Shown here piece by piece: positions 22,791-32,080 of a stretch of 64,000 bases of DNA; the stretch's first letter is position 1, and each line of letters begins with the position of its first letter. The DNA lies in contig OZ253375.1 in assembly GCA_965261005.1 (NCBI GenBank), positions 1,056,001 through 1,120,000 of the forward strand, written 5' to 3'. This DNA comes from Deinococcus sp. GTDB taxonomy: Bacteria > Deinococcota > Deinococci > Deinococcales > Deinococcaceae. The position numbers and the translations under genes were made by a program. The notes beneath the pieces are model-generated. The model had not been told where the DNA came from. It searched no databases and saw only the letters and a list, made by a program, of their open reading frames with translations.

Positions 22791-23956
22791 TATCCCTCCA
22801 AGGCGCCTTCAAGGTCCCCCAGCAGGTCCCCCACGTCTTCAATGCCCACCGAGAGGCGCAGCAGGTCCGGCGTGATGCCGAGTTCGCGGCGCCGCTCTTC
22901 GGGCAGCGCGCGGTGCGAGGTGCCCCACGGCCAGCTGAGGGTGGTCGCCACGTCGGCGAGGCTGGGGGCCAGCGGCACCTTGCCGGCCAGGCGCCGCACG
23001 AACTCGGCGGCGCCGTCCACCTCCAGCGCCAGCATCCCGCCAAAGCCGTTCGGGAACAGCTCGGCGGCCAGCTCGAACTGCGGGTGGCTGGCAAGGCCGG
23101 GAAAGTGAAGGCGCCGCACGCGCGGGTGGCCCTCCAGCACATCCGCGACCGCCTGGGCGTTTTGGGAGTGCGCCCGCATTCTGAGGCTGAGGGTCTTGAG
23201 GCCCTGCATTGTCATCCAGGCGTCGAAGGCGGACACGCTGGCCCCCAGCCGCACCACCTTGGTCCGCGCGGGCGCGATCAAGTCGGCCCGCCCGCACAGC
23301 GCGCCGCCCATCGCGGTCGAGTGGCCGTTGAGGTATTTGGCGAAGGAATGTGAAACGAGGTCCGCACCGTGGTCAGCCGGCCGAAAGACGGCGGGGCTGG
23401 CAAAGGTGTTGTCGGCGCTGAGGAGGGCGCCGCGCCCGTGCGCGAGCTTTGCCAGGCGCGGCACGTCGGGCAGGGTCAGGATGGGATTGGTCAGCGTCTC
23501 GAAGTGCAAGAGACGGGTGTTGGGCCGCATAGCGCTCTCCACCGCGTCCAAGTCGGTCATGTCGGTCCAACCGACCTCGATACCCATGTCCGGCAACTCC
23601 TCGGTGAGGAGGGCGTAGGTGCCGCCATAGACCCGCTCGTCGGCCAGCAGGTGGTCGCCGGGGCGCAGCGCGGCCAGAAAGCCCGCCAGAATGGCCGCCA
23701 TGCCGCTGGCCGTCGCCACCGCCGCCCCCGTTCCTTCCAGCGCGGCCAGGGCCGCCTCCAACGCCGCGCCGCCGGGCGTGCCGTTGCGGTAGTAAAAGGC
23801 GGCGCCCGATTGGCCGCTCATGGCGCGCTCCAAGTCGTCGAGGTCCCGAAAGGCGTACACGGTCGCCTGCTGGATCGGCTGCACCAGGGGGCGGCTGGAA
23901 TTCTCGGGGGCGAACTCCTCGGCGCGGGCGGCCAGGGTGGCGAGGTCATAGGGCAT
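22790..23956 (-). CDS. PLP-dependent Cys/Met metabolism enzyme (cystathionine gamma-synthase / methionine gamma-lyase family)
   Basis: [54 protein letters not shown] 23956 with TACACT 6 nt upstream. Confidence 0.9.
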   Translation of the reverse strand: MPYDLATLAARAEEFAPENSSRPLVQPIQQATVYAFRDLDDLERAMSGQSGAAFYYRNGTPGGAALEAALAALEGTGAAVATASGMAAILAGFLAALRPGDHLLADERVYGGTYALLTEELPDMGIEVGWTDMTDLDAVESAMRPNTRLLHFETLTNPILTLPDVPRLAKLAHGRGALLSADNTFASPAVFRPADHGADLVSHSFAKYLNGHSTAMGGALCGRADLIAPARTKVVRLGASVSAFDAWMTMQGLKTLSLRMRAHSQNAQAVADVLEGHPRVRRLHFPGLASHPQFELAAELFPNGFGGMLALEVDGAAEFVRRLAGKVPLAPSLADVATTLSWPWGTSHRALPEERRRELGITPDLLRLSVGIEDVGDLLGDLEGALEG

Positions 23957-23971
23957 GGGTAAAGTGTAGGG

Positions 23972-24496
23972 GTGAACGTGAATCTGCGGCCCATGCACGA
24001 GGCCGATGTGGAGACCGCCGTGCGCTGGAGTCAGGACCGCGAGTTCTGCCTGGCGAACGGCTGGACGCCCGACTTACCGCCGGAGCGGGTGCGGGCCTGG
24101 TGGGCGCGCGTGCTGCGGAGCGTCGGGCCAGACTTTCTGCGGCTGGGCATTGAGCTGGACGGACAATTGGTGGGCTACGCCGACCTCGCGGACATCGAGG
24201 ACGACGTGGGCCGCGCCGAGTTCGGCATCGTCCTGGGCGAGCGCAACCTGTGGGGACGCGGCTTCGGCCGGGAAGCGGGGCGCCTGATGCTGGCGCACGG
24301 CTTCGGGCGGCTGGGCCTCTCGCGCGTCACCGCCGAGGTCCACGCGTCCAACACCCGCTCGCTGGCCTTAATGAAGCGCCTCGGCTTCCGGCAGGAGGGC
24401 GTGTTGCGGCGGCACGAGCTGTACCGGGGCGGCGTGGTGGACGTGGTGGCGTTCGGGCTGTTGCGGGAAGAGTTTGAGGTGGAACGTGGGCTTTGA
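23972..24496 (+). CDS. GNAT N-acetyltransferase (RimJ/RimL type)
   Basis: [39 protein letters not shown]. Confidence 0.88.
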   Translation: MNVNLRPMHEADVETAVRWSQDREFCLANGWTPDLPPERVRAWWARVLRSVGPDFLRLGIELDGQLVGYADLADIEDDVGRAEFGIVLGERNLWGRGFGREAGRLMLAHGFGRLGLSRVTAEVHASNTRSLALMKRLGFRQEGVLRRHELYRGGVVDVVAFGLLREEFEVERGL

Positions 24497-25046
24497 GTCC
24501 CTGCCGCATCACATCCTTTGGCGCTCCCTCGACGGGATTGGCCTCGAATACCTGACCCTGGCCGAGCGGCAGGGCGGGATCGCCGTCCAAAGTACCGTCA
24601 TTGGTATGAAGGATGAACCCTCTACGCTGCGCTACAACCTTCAGCTCGATAGGCGCTGGCAGGTGCGCCAAGTTGAACTGCGGCTGCTCGGGCACGAAAG
24701 CTCGCTCAACCTCACTTCCGACGGGAAGGGCCGCTGGTCGAACGCCGCCGGCGATTTGCCGGAGCTGAACGGTTGCCTGGACGCGGACATCTCGGCCACG
24801 CCCTTCACCAACACGCTGCCGGTCCGTCGCCTGGGACTGGCCGCCGGCGAGGCCGCCGAAATTGCGGTGGTCTACCTGACCGTGCCGACGCTATCCTTCC
24901 GGGTCGGGCACCAACGCTACACGCACCTGAAAGACAGGCTCTACCTCTACGAAAACCTATCAAGCGGCTACCGCGCCGAGATTGAGGTGGACGGGGCTGG
25001 GTTGGTTGTGCGCTATCCGGGCTTGTTCGAGCGCCTTTATGGGTAG
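24474..25046 (+). CDS. Putative glycolipid-binding domain protein
   Basis: GCLDADISATPFTNTLPVRRL, QRYT, EVD..GLVVRYPGLF. Confidence 0.8.
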   Translation: MRWNVGFESLPHHILWRSLDGIGLEYLTLAERQGGIAVQSTVIGMKDEPSTLRYNLQLDRRWQVRQVELRLLGHESSLNLTSDGKGRWSNAAGDLPELNGCLDADISATPFTNTLPVRRLGLAAGEAAEIAVVYLTVPTLSFRVGHQRYTHLKDRLYLYENLSSGYRAEIEVDGAGLVVRYPGLFERLYG

Positions 25047-27256
25047 CGCAAGTCCAGCATCTCCCCCGCCGCGTCCACCGCCACCGCGCCGCCCGACCTC
25101 AGCTGCCCGAACAGCATCTCGTCGGCCAGGGGACGCTTGAGCCGCTCCTCGATCACGCGGGCCAGCGGGCGGGCGCCCATGCTCGGGTCGTAGCCCAAGC
25201 GGGCCAGCAGGGCGCGGGCGGCCGGCGTGACCGTGAGGCGCACCTCACGCCCTTCGAGCTGGCCCTGAAGGTCGCGCAGGAACTTGTCCACCACCAAGCC
25301 CATCACGTCCCTCGACAGCGGGGCGAAGGGGACGACGGCGTCGAGGCGGTTGCGGAACTCCGGGCTAAAGGCGCGCTCGACGGCCTCGCGCTGCTCGCCC
25401 TCGCGGGTGACGCGTCCGAAGCCGAGGGCGGGGCGGCCCGCCTCGGCGGCGCCCGCGTTGGAGGTCATGATCAGGTAGGCGCCCCGGAAGTTCACGCTCT
25501 TGCCGGTGTGGTCGGTCAGGGTGCCGTGGTCCATCACCTGGAGGAGCAGGTTGTAGATATCCGGGTGGGCCTTTTCCACCTCGTCGAGCAGCACGACCGC
25601 GTGCGGGTTCTTGGCGACCGCCTCGGTGAGCAGGCCGCCCTGATCGAAGCCGACATAGCCGGGGGGCGCCCCGATCAGGCGCGAGGCGGTGTGGGCCTCT
25701 TGGTACTCGGACATGTCGAAGCGGATCAGCTCCACGCCCAGCACCCGCGCCAAGGTGCGCGCCAGCTCGGTCTTGCCGACGCCGGTGGGGCCGGTGAACA
25801 GGAAGTTCCCCTGCGGCTTTTGGGGATCGCGCAGCCCGGCGCGGGCCAACTTGACCGCCGAGGCCAGCAGGCGCACCGCCTCTTCTTGGCCGTACACGCT
25901 GGCGCGCAAGTCGGCCTCCAAGGTGGCGAGGCTGGCCGTTTCCTCCTGCCGCACGCTGCCGAGGGGGACGCGGGCCATACGCGCCACAGTGGCCTCGACA
26001 TCGGTCAGGCCGATCTCGCCACCCTTCTGCTTGCCCAGCGCGCGGGCGGCGCCGGCCTCGTCCATCACGTCAATCGCCTTGTCGGGCAAAAAGCGGTCGC
26101 GCAGGTAGCGGGCCGAGAGGCCCACGGCGCCGCGCAACGCCTCGGGCGCGTAGGTCACGCCGTGGTGCGCGGCGTAGGCGGGCGCCAGTCCCCTCAGAAT
26201 CTCCAGCGCCTCTTCTTCCGAAGGCTCGGGCAGGTCAATCGCCTGAAAGCGGCGCCACAGCGCGCGGTCCCCCTGAAGATGGCGCAACTCGGCCGGCGTG
26301 GTCGCGCCGATCACGCGCAGCTCGCCGCGCGCGAGGGCGGGCTTGAGCAAATTGGCGGCGTCCATCGCCCCGCCCTGTACCGCGCCCGCGCCCACGATGG
26401 TGTGGAGTTCGTCAATGAACAGCAACGCCTTTTGGCCGGTCAGGGCGGCCAGCACGGCGCCGACCCGCTCCTCGAAGTCGCCCCGGAAGCGCGTGCCAGC
26501 CAGCAGCGCGCCCATGTCGAGGGCGTAGAGTTCGGCGCCCTCTAGAATGGCCGGGACGTCGCCCTTCACGATGCGCGACGCCAGGCCCTCCACCACGGCC
26601 GTCTTGCCCACGCCCGGCTCCCCCACCAGCACCGGGTTGTGCTTGGTGCGCCGCGCCAGGACGTGCAGCATGCGCTCAATCTCCGCCTCGCGCCCGATCA
26701 CCTGGTCGAGCTGCCCGGCGCGCGCCCGCTCGGTCAGGTTGTCGCAGTAGTCGGTCAGCGGGTCGCTTTGAGGGGGCGCCTCCCCTTCGCCGGCCAGCTC
26801 GCCGTGGTTGTCCACCCCCTTGGTGCGCTTGGGAGCGAGCGGGGTGCCGTGCGAGATGTAGCGCAGCACCCCCAAGCGCGTGACGCCGGCACCTTCGAGC
26901 AAACTGCGCGCATAGGAATCCGGCTCTTGAAGCAGTTCGGCCAGCACCCGCGCGCCGTCGGCATTCTCGTTCTCCTTGCCGGCCGCGCGCAGCTGGATGG
27001 CGGCGCGCTGCACCGCGCGCTGGGTGCCCAGGGTGAACTCCGGTTCCTCGGCGCCCGTCTCGAAGTCGGCGATAAAGGCGTTCAGGTCGGCGCGCAGCCT
27101 CACGAGGTCGGCCCCGCAGGCCAGCAGGGCCGCCCGGCCCTCTGGGTCGTCGAGCAGCGCGAGCAGCAGGTGTTCGAGCGTCACGTACTCGTGCGCGTGC
27201 TCGCGCGCCAGCTCCAGCGAGCGGCCCAGCGTGGTTTGTAGATTGTCCGAAAGCAT
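25037..27256 (-). CDS. clpA: ATP-dependent Clp protease ATP-binding subunit ClpA
   Basis: [14 protein letters not shown]-domain, GEPGVGKT and GPTGVGKT Walker A motifs, RFDMSEY, GARPL; downstream of clpS. Confidence 0.95.
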   Translation of the reverse strand: MLSDNLQTTLGRSLELAREHAHEYVTLEHLLLALLDDPEGRAALLACGADLVRLRADLNAFIADFETGAEEPEFTLGTQRAVQRAAIQLRAAGKENENADGARVLAELLQEPDSYARSLLEGAGVTRLGVLRYISHGTPLAPKRTKGVDNHGELAGEGEAPPQSDPLTDYCDNLTERARAGQLDQVIGREAEIERMLHVLARRTKHNPVLVGEPGVGKTAVVEGLASRIVKGDVPAILEGAELYALDMGALLAGTRFRGDFEERVGAVLAALTGQKALLFIDELHTIVGAGAVQGGAMDAANLLKPALARGELRVIGATTPAELRHLQGDRALWRRFQAIDLPEPSEEEALEILRGLAPAYAAHHGVTYAPEALRGAVGLSARYLRDRFLPDKAIDVMDEAGAARALGKQKGGEIGLTDVEATVARMARVPLGSVRQEETASLATLEADLRASVYGQEEAVRLLASAVKLARAGLRDPQKPQGNFLFTGPTGVGKTELARTLARVLGVELIRFDMSEYQEAHTASRLIGAPPGYVGFDQGGLLTEAVAKNPHAVVLLDEVEKAHPDIYNLLLQVMDHGTLTDHTGKSVNFRGAYLIMTSNAGAAEAGRPALGFGRVTREGEQREAVERAFSPEFRNRLDAVVPFAPLSRDVMGLVVDKFLRDLQGQLEGREVRLTVTPAARALLARLGYDPSMGARPLARVIEERLKRPLADEMLFGQLRSGGAVAVDAAGEMLDLRYP

Positions 27257-27265
27257 CCCCTTAAG

Positions 27266-27583
27266 TTAGCCTCCCTCATCCGGCTCTATGGTGACTTGCA
27301 ACGGGTACCCCTCGGCGCGTGCCGCCGCCGTCACCTGGGCCGTCTTGGTCTCGGCCACCTCGCGGGTGTAGACCCCAGCCACCCCACGCCCCTGTTGGTG
27401 AACGGCCAGCATCACGCGGACGGCTTCCGGCTCGCTTTTGCGAAAGTAGCGGGTCAGCACCTCCACCACGAAGTCCATCGGCGTGTAGTCATCGTTGAGC
27501 AGCAGCACCTTGTACTGCGGCGGGCGCGCGGTTGTCGTACGCTCCTCCAGCTGGGTTCCCGCGTCGCGCCGCGTCACGGCCAC
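27266..27583 (-). CDS. clpS: Clp protease adaptor ClpS
   Basis: YKVLLLNDDYTPMDFVVEVL...MLAVHQQG.GV.GVY..EVAETK. Confidence 0.96.
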   Translation of the reverse strand: MAVTRRDAGTQLEERTTTARPPQYKVLLLNDDYTPMDFVVEVLTRYFRKSEPEAVRVMLAVHQQGRGVAGVYTREVAETKTAQVTAAARAEGYPLQVTIEPDEGG

Positions 27584-27877
27584 TCAGCCCGACTGCCCCA
27601 CGCCGGGGGTGACGTCCAGCACGAAGGCCGGCCGGCCGCCCAGCATGAAGTCCCGGGGCGCGCGAATGGTGACCTGACCGCCCACCGACTCGACCAGCCG
27701 CAGCAAGTCCTCCAGGGAGCTGAGCGCGATCTTCCAACCCTGCACGTCGTTTTCGCCCAAGTGCTCCCCCGCGCCCTCGCCCTCTATGGCGGGAATGCCC
27801 ACCGGCGTCTCCACCGCACCGGGCAGCAGGGGCGACTCGTGAATGACCTGACCGGACTGAAACACGATAAATTCCAT
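27584..27877 (-). CDS. Small hypothetical protein leading the clpS-clpA operon
   Basis: ATG 27877 with TACACT 5 nt upstream; stop abuts the clpS GTG. Confidence 0.65.
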   Translation of the reverse strand: MEFIVFQSGQVIHESPLLPGAVETPVGIPAIEGEGAGEHLGENDVQGWKIALSSLEDLLRLVESVGGQVTIRAPRDFMLGGRPAFVLDVTPGVGQSG

Positions 27878-27966
27878 GCCGCAGTGTAAACAAGGGCCGC
27901 CGGACGCGGCCTCATACAACGTTAAAGGGCGGGCGCCGTGGCGCCCGCCCTCAGCCCAACCCTTTC

Positions 27967-28251
27967 TCACTCGTTCGGGTCGCTGTCCATCCAGTTTTGG
28001 TGTACCTCGTCGAGGGTCTTGTCCAGGGTCACGCGCACGTCGTCGGCGCCGCGCACCCAGTCCAGCGGAATCCAGTGGTGGGTATGGTCGGTGGAGTCGC
28101 TGCGGGTCAGCTTGATGTAGTCCCCCTGCAAGTGGTCCACCGTCCCCACGTGGGAGCCGTCGGTGGCCTCGACCTGCAAGTGCTCGGTGATGGCGTCGCG
28201 AATGTCCTGGTTGACGCGCTGGTGAATCTGATCATTGCCCGAATCGGTCAT
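27967..28251 (-). CDS. DUF2171 family protein
   Basis: DGSHVGTVDHLQGDYIKLTRSDS...HHWIPLDWV; AGGAGG RBS. Confidence 0.85.
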   Translation of the reverse strand: MTDSGNDQIHQRVNQDIRDAITEHLQVEATDGSHVGTVDHLQGDYIKLTRSDSTDHTHHWIPLDWVRGADDVRVTLDKTLDEVHQNWMDSDPNE

Positions 28252-28331
28252 GCTGTGTTCCTCCTGCGCTCAAGCTAGCCGGCCGAGCTGAGGGCCGACA
28301 TGAAGAGGGCTTGAGCGATACCTGAGACTTG

Positions 28332-29702
28332 TTACGGTGTTGCGCGCCAGCCGCTATTGGTGCTGCTGCCGCCGGTGAAGACGAAGCCGTCGCCAATGGC
28401 CGCCGCCACGCCGGACACCCGTTTCATCGGCAGCCGGGTCAGCTCAGTCCAGCTGTTCGTCGCCGGGTCGTAGGCGCTCACGTCGTCCATCGCCACATCG
28501 TGCGACGTCTCGCCGCCCGCCGTCACGATGCGCCCGTTCAGCACAAAGGTCGAGTTGGCAGTATGGCTGCGCGCGCTTGGCAGGTCGTGCAGGCGGGTCC
28601 AAGTGTCGCTGGCCGGGTCGTACACGTCCACCTCTGTCTGCGTGACCAGCTTCTCGTCGTGTCCATGCTGGCCGCCGATGGCGTAGATCTTGCCGTTCAA
28701 GACGGCCGAACCCATGTGGTGCCGGGGATTGGGCAGGGGTGATTTGGCCGTCGTCCAGCTGGTCGCACCGTTCGCCAAATCAAGCACGTAATGGTCACCC
28801 ACGTCCTGAGTGCGCGCCATGTTGGTGCCGCCGAAGTAGTGCAACTGGCCGTCCAGGTATTCCAATTGGCCGGCGGCGCGCTCCACGGGCAAATCGGGCA
28901 GGCGGGTGTAGGTGTTGGCGGCAGCGTTGCCGGGGGCGGCGACGTTGTAGCGCCACACCGCCTTGGTGCCGAAGATCTGCCCGGTCCAGTTCGCGTCGGC
29001 GACGTAGCCGCCGGCATAGAAGACGTTGGTCCCGTCACTGGTCATGCCCGCGTGGGTGGCACCGCGGTCCGGCATGTTGGCGATGGGCGTCCAACTGTTC
29101 TTGACAGGGTCGTAGAGGTAAGCGCGGTCGGTGGGGGTGCAGCAGGCTTTGGCGCCGGAAAGGTCGAAGCCGCCGAAGGTGTAGAGCTTGCCGCCCACCG
29201 CGATTCCTTGAGCCTCGGACACCTTGTAGGGCTGATTGGCGATGGGCGCGTAGGTGAAGGTGGTGGGCAGGGCGGGACGGGTGGCGTTGACGCTGGCGGG
29301 ACCCGAGGCGTTGCCGCTCTTGTCCACGGCGACCACCTGGTAATAGAAGACCCGTCCGGCCGGCACCGAGGTGTCGTTGTACGCAGAGACGGTCAGCAGG
29401 GTGGGGGTCAAGGGGGTGAACGGCCCGGACGCGCTCTCGCCGCGCGACACCTTGTAGCCTGCCAAGTCACCCTCGGCGTTGTCCGCCCAGTCCAGCGCGA
29501 CGCCCGCCGCAGACGGCGTGGCCTTTAAGCCACTGGGAGCGGTGGGCGGTGTCGTATCTATGGGCGTGGGATCGGCGGGGGCTTCTTGGGCCGGCGGCTC
29601 CGGCGAGACGGTCGGCGCCGTGTCCGAGCACGCCCACAGCGATCCGGCGACCGAGGCCGTCAGCAAGACGGTCATCCCTATTTTTTGACGCTGGTTCATC
29701 AA
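28332..29702 (-). CDS. Lipoprotein with Fn3 domain and kelch beta-propeller
   Basis: Lipobox LWAC; Fn3 (LDWADNAEGDLAGYKVSR...YYQVVAVDKSGNAS); repeated kelch units (LYTFGG, LHYFGG, IYAIGG, YDP..NSWT). Confidence 0.88.
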   Translation of the reverse strand: MMNQRQKIGMTVLLTASVAGSLWACSDTAPTVSPEPPAQEAPADPTPIDTTPPTAPSGLKATPSAAGVALDWADNAEGDLAGYKVSRGESASGPFTPLTPTLLTVSAYNDTSVPAGRVFYYQVVAVDKSGNASGPASVNATRPALPTTFTYAPIANQPYKVSEAQGIAVGGKLYTFGGFDLSGAKACCTPTDRAYLYDPVKNSWTPIANMPDRGATHAGMTSDGTNVFYAGGYVADANWTGQIFGTKAVWRYNVAAPGNAAANTYTRLPDLPVERAAGQLEYLDGQLHYFGGTNMARTQDVGDHYVLDLANGATSWTTAKSPLPNPRHHMGSAVLNGKIYAIGGQHGHDEKLVTQTEVDVYDPASDTWTRLHDLPSARSHTANSTFVLNGRIVTAGGETSHDVAMDDVSAYDPATNSWTELTRLPMKRVSGVAAAIGDGFVFTGGSSTNSGWRATP

Positions 29703-29719
29703 ACCCCTCCAATTTGAAT

Positions 29720-29751
29720 TGGGCGGAAGCAGCTTGGCCTGCTTCCGCCCA
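29720..29751. terminator. 13-bp stem-loop between the two lipoprotein genes
   Basis: TGGGCGGAAGCAG-cttggc-CTGCTTCCGCCCA; no strong U-tract, so possibly a stabiliser or partial terminator. Confidence 0.55.
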
Positions 29752-29763
29752 CTGTAGTACGGC

Positions 29764-31683
29764 TCAGCGCAAAATTTCGATGCCCGAGATGGCCGGGAAG
29801 TCCACGCTGGCGCTCAGGGCGATGGTCAAGAAGCCGTCCGTCACCTGCACGTTGTCGAGCTGCTTGACCAGGGCCGCGTAACGCCCCACCTGAGCCGCGA
29901 TATCGAGGTTGGCGATGCGAGGCGCGACCTCGTTCTGAACGCTCACATCGAAGACCCGCTTCCCAGCCTGACCGTACGCCTGGTCCACGAAGTGCAGCTT
30001 CAGCGAGTAGACGCCGTTGTTGACGGGAAGCTTGTAGGTCAGCACACGCTGGTTCTGCGGCGTTTCCGCGCCCACGTTGCCACGGTACGTCTGATACAAC
30101 TTCGGATTGTTGGTACCAGAGATAGGACCCGTGTACGCCGTCGCGGGTTCACTGATGGCTGTGTCGGGCGAGTACGGGGTGTAGACGTAGCCATTCTGGC
30201 CCGTATCCTTGTCGGGCTGCCACGCGTCGCCGTTCGCGGGGAAGCTGGGACCGCCGACGTTGATCAGCACCGGGGCGGGCTTCACGTTGGAGACAATGTA
30301 AACGTTGTCGTTGTAGTCGTAGTTGACGCCGGAGTAGTCCATCACCATGAAATAGGTGTTGGGAATGGGGGCGCCGTCGCGGTCCTTGAGGGGCCAGAAG
30401 CGCACGTGCTGACCGCACGGTTTGGCACAGCCGTTGTCCACGTCCACGATTCGATCATTTTTCGTCGGATCGCTCCACTCGGCGTAGTCCACTTTAAAGC
30501 CAAAGGTTGTGGCGCTCGGCGTGAAGGGGCCAGTCGCCAACTGACTGCTGGAGTTTTTCGAGTGTGGCAGCACCGTTTGACCATCGAAACCGGATCCGTT
30601 CAAGACCTCCTTCAGGTCGCCGCTCCCCTTGGCATACCAATACAAAGGTGCGCTGTGATCGGGACCCCCAGGCTTGTTCTGGGTGTGGTAGGCCGCCAGC
30701 TGCCGCGCCACCACCGGCTGGGTCGCGTCGGCGCGCTGCCAATACGCCGAGAGCACCTCGTCGCCCTGCGCCCGCACCAAGCCGTCTTGGTTGATGTCTT
30801 TGGCCGCTCCCAACAGATCGAAGTTGTAGCCAAAAGCGTTTTTCAGCGTGAGCACGCTCGGCTCCGTGACCCGCCCATTGTCGCTCTCTGACGCCGATTG
30901 CCACACGCCCGCCAGCTGAACGTTCGTCTTGGCCGTGGCGGCGTTTGAGGTGATGGTCAAGTTGCCGGCGTGGACTATGCCCACACTGGCCTCCCCCGAC
31001 TGGGCCACGAACTTCACGCGCACGTCGAGAAACTTGCCGGGGTCTACCTTGGCGGGCAAGGGAACAGGAGGGTCCACGACGAAGTCGCCGGTGTTGACGC
31101 CCAGGCCGCTGACTTGCAGCGCCACGTCACCCTCGTTGTGCAGGCGCACGGTGGCGGTGTCATGCACGATGTTGGCCGGCGGGCTTGCCAAGCTGCCGAT
31201 CCGGCTGAAGACCAAGCGGTCAGGGTAAGGCACCACGTCCAGGTTCTCCAGCGTCAGCTTGGGTCCGGGGCGCGCGGCGTTGACGGAGGCGAAACCTGAG
31301 GCGTTGCCGCTCTTGTCCACGGCCACCACCCGGTAATAGGAGGTCGCGCCCACCGGCGCCGAGGCGTCGCTGTAACTAGAGACTGTGAGCAGTTCCGGCG
31401 TCAACACCGTATACGGCCCGGACGCGCTGCTCGCCCGCGACACCTTGTAGCCGGCCAGGTCGTCCTCGCCGTTGTCGGCCCAGTCGAGCGCTACGCCCGC
31501 CGCAGACGGGGTGGCCGTCAGGGCGCTCGGCGCGGCGGGAGCGGTGGTGTCCTTGCCCGGGACGGTTTGAGTCGGCGTCGGCGCAGCGGTCGGTCCCTGA
31601 CCCGAGCACGACCACAGCAGCCCGGCAGCCAACACGCCGGTCAGCCCCGCCCGCCATCTTTTCACGCCAGCTTGTCCAGTCAT
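29764..31683 (-). CDS. Lipoprotein with Fn3, Ig-like (ASH-type) and C-terminal malectin domains
   Basis: Lipobox LWSC; Fn3 copy; VRLHNEGDVALQVSGL Ig-like segment; malectin INVGG...LYQTYR...LKLHF...GKRVFDV...LDIAAQVG...ISGIEI; ATG 31683 (alternative 31743). Confidence 0.85.
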   Translation of the reverse strand: MTGQAGVKRWRAGLTGVLAAGLLWSCSGQGPTAAPTPTQTVPGKDTTAPAAPSALTATPSAAGVALDWADNGEDDLAGYKVSRASSASGPYTVLTPELLTVSSYSDASAPVGATSYYRVVAVDKSGNASGFASVNAARPGPKLTLENLDVVPYPDRLVFSRIGSLASPPANIVHDTATVRLHNEGDVALQVSGLGVNTGDFVVDPPVPLPAKVDPGKFLDVRVKFVAQSGEASVGIVHAGNLTITSNAATAKTNVQLAGVWQSASESDNGRVTEPSVLTLKNAFGYNFDLLGAAKDINQDGLVRAQGDEVLSAYWQRADATQPVVARQLAAYHTQNKPGGPDHSAPLYWYAKGSGDLKEVLNGSGFDGQTVLPHSKNSSSQLATGPFTPSATTFGFKVDYAEWSDPTKNDRIVDVDNGCAKPCGQHVRFWPLKDRDGAPIPNTYFMVMDYSGVNYDYNDNVYIVSNVKPAPVLINVGGPSFPANGDAWQPDKDTGQNGYVYTPYSPDTAISEPATAYTGPISGTNNPKLYQTYRGNVGAETPQNQRVLTYKLPVNNGVYSLKLHFVDQAYGQAGKRVFDVSVQNEVAPRIANLDIAAQVGRYAALVKQLDNVQVTDGFLTIALSASVDFPAISGIEILR

Positions 31684-31767
31684 TGCGTTCTCCCCGGATG
31701 ACGGGGGCGGTCGCTGCCTTTCCCAAGACGTCACCCTTGTCATGCTGATCTTTAACGATCCTCACTC

Positions 31768-31800
31768 AGCGTGGCCGGTGCAGCGTAACAGCTTCGTTGA
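31768..31800 (-). promoter_or_regulatory. Island promoter motif, site 1 (malectin/kelch lipoprotein operon)
   Basis: TCAACGA-agct-GTTACGC-N9-CACGCT on the minus strand. Confidence 0.65.
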
Positions 31801-31991
31801 AAACTTCATGCTGGTCGGTCCACCTTCTGTCCGGCCAACGACCCCACCCTGAGAACAAGCGGCAGCCACGTCTCAGCTCCACTCATGAATTTCTTTGAGA
31901 AACACGCGAACGAGCGCTCATGTTGAGAGCATTTTTGCTGACGGCCGGCGCCGTAAGCGCTGTTTCCATCTCGCCGGGCGGGCCGGGCGTG

Positions 31992-32023
31992 TTTACTTTT
32001 CAGTAACGCCCGACAGTTAGGCT
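31992..32023 (+). promoter_or_regulatory. Island promoter motif, site 2 (wzy-GT4 operon)
   Basis: TTTACTT-ttca-GTAACGC-N8-TAGGCT. Confidence 0.7.
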
Positions 32024-32080
32024 CGCCTTGGGAGGAGAGGGCACGGTGGGTTCGGCAAGGAAAAGAGGCGAGAGTCGGGA

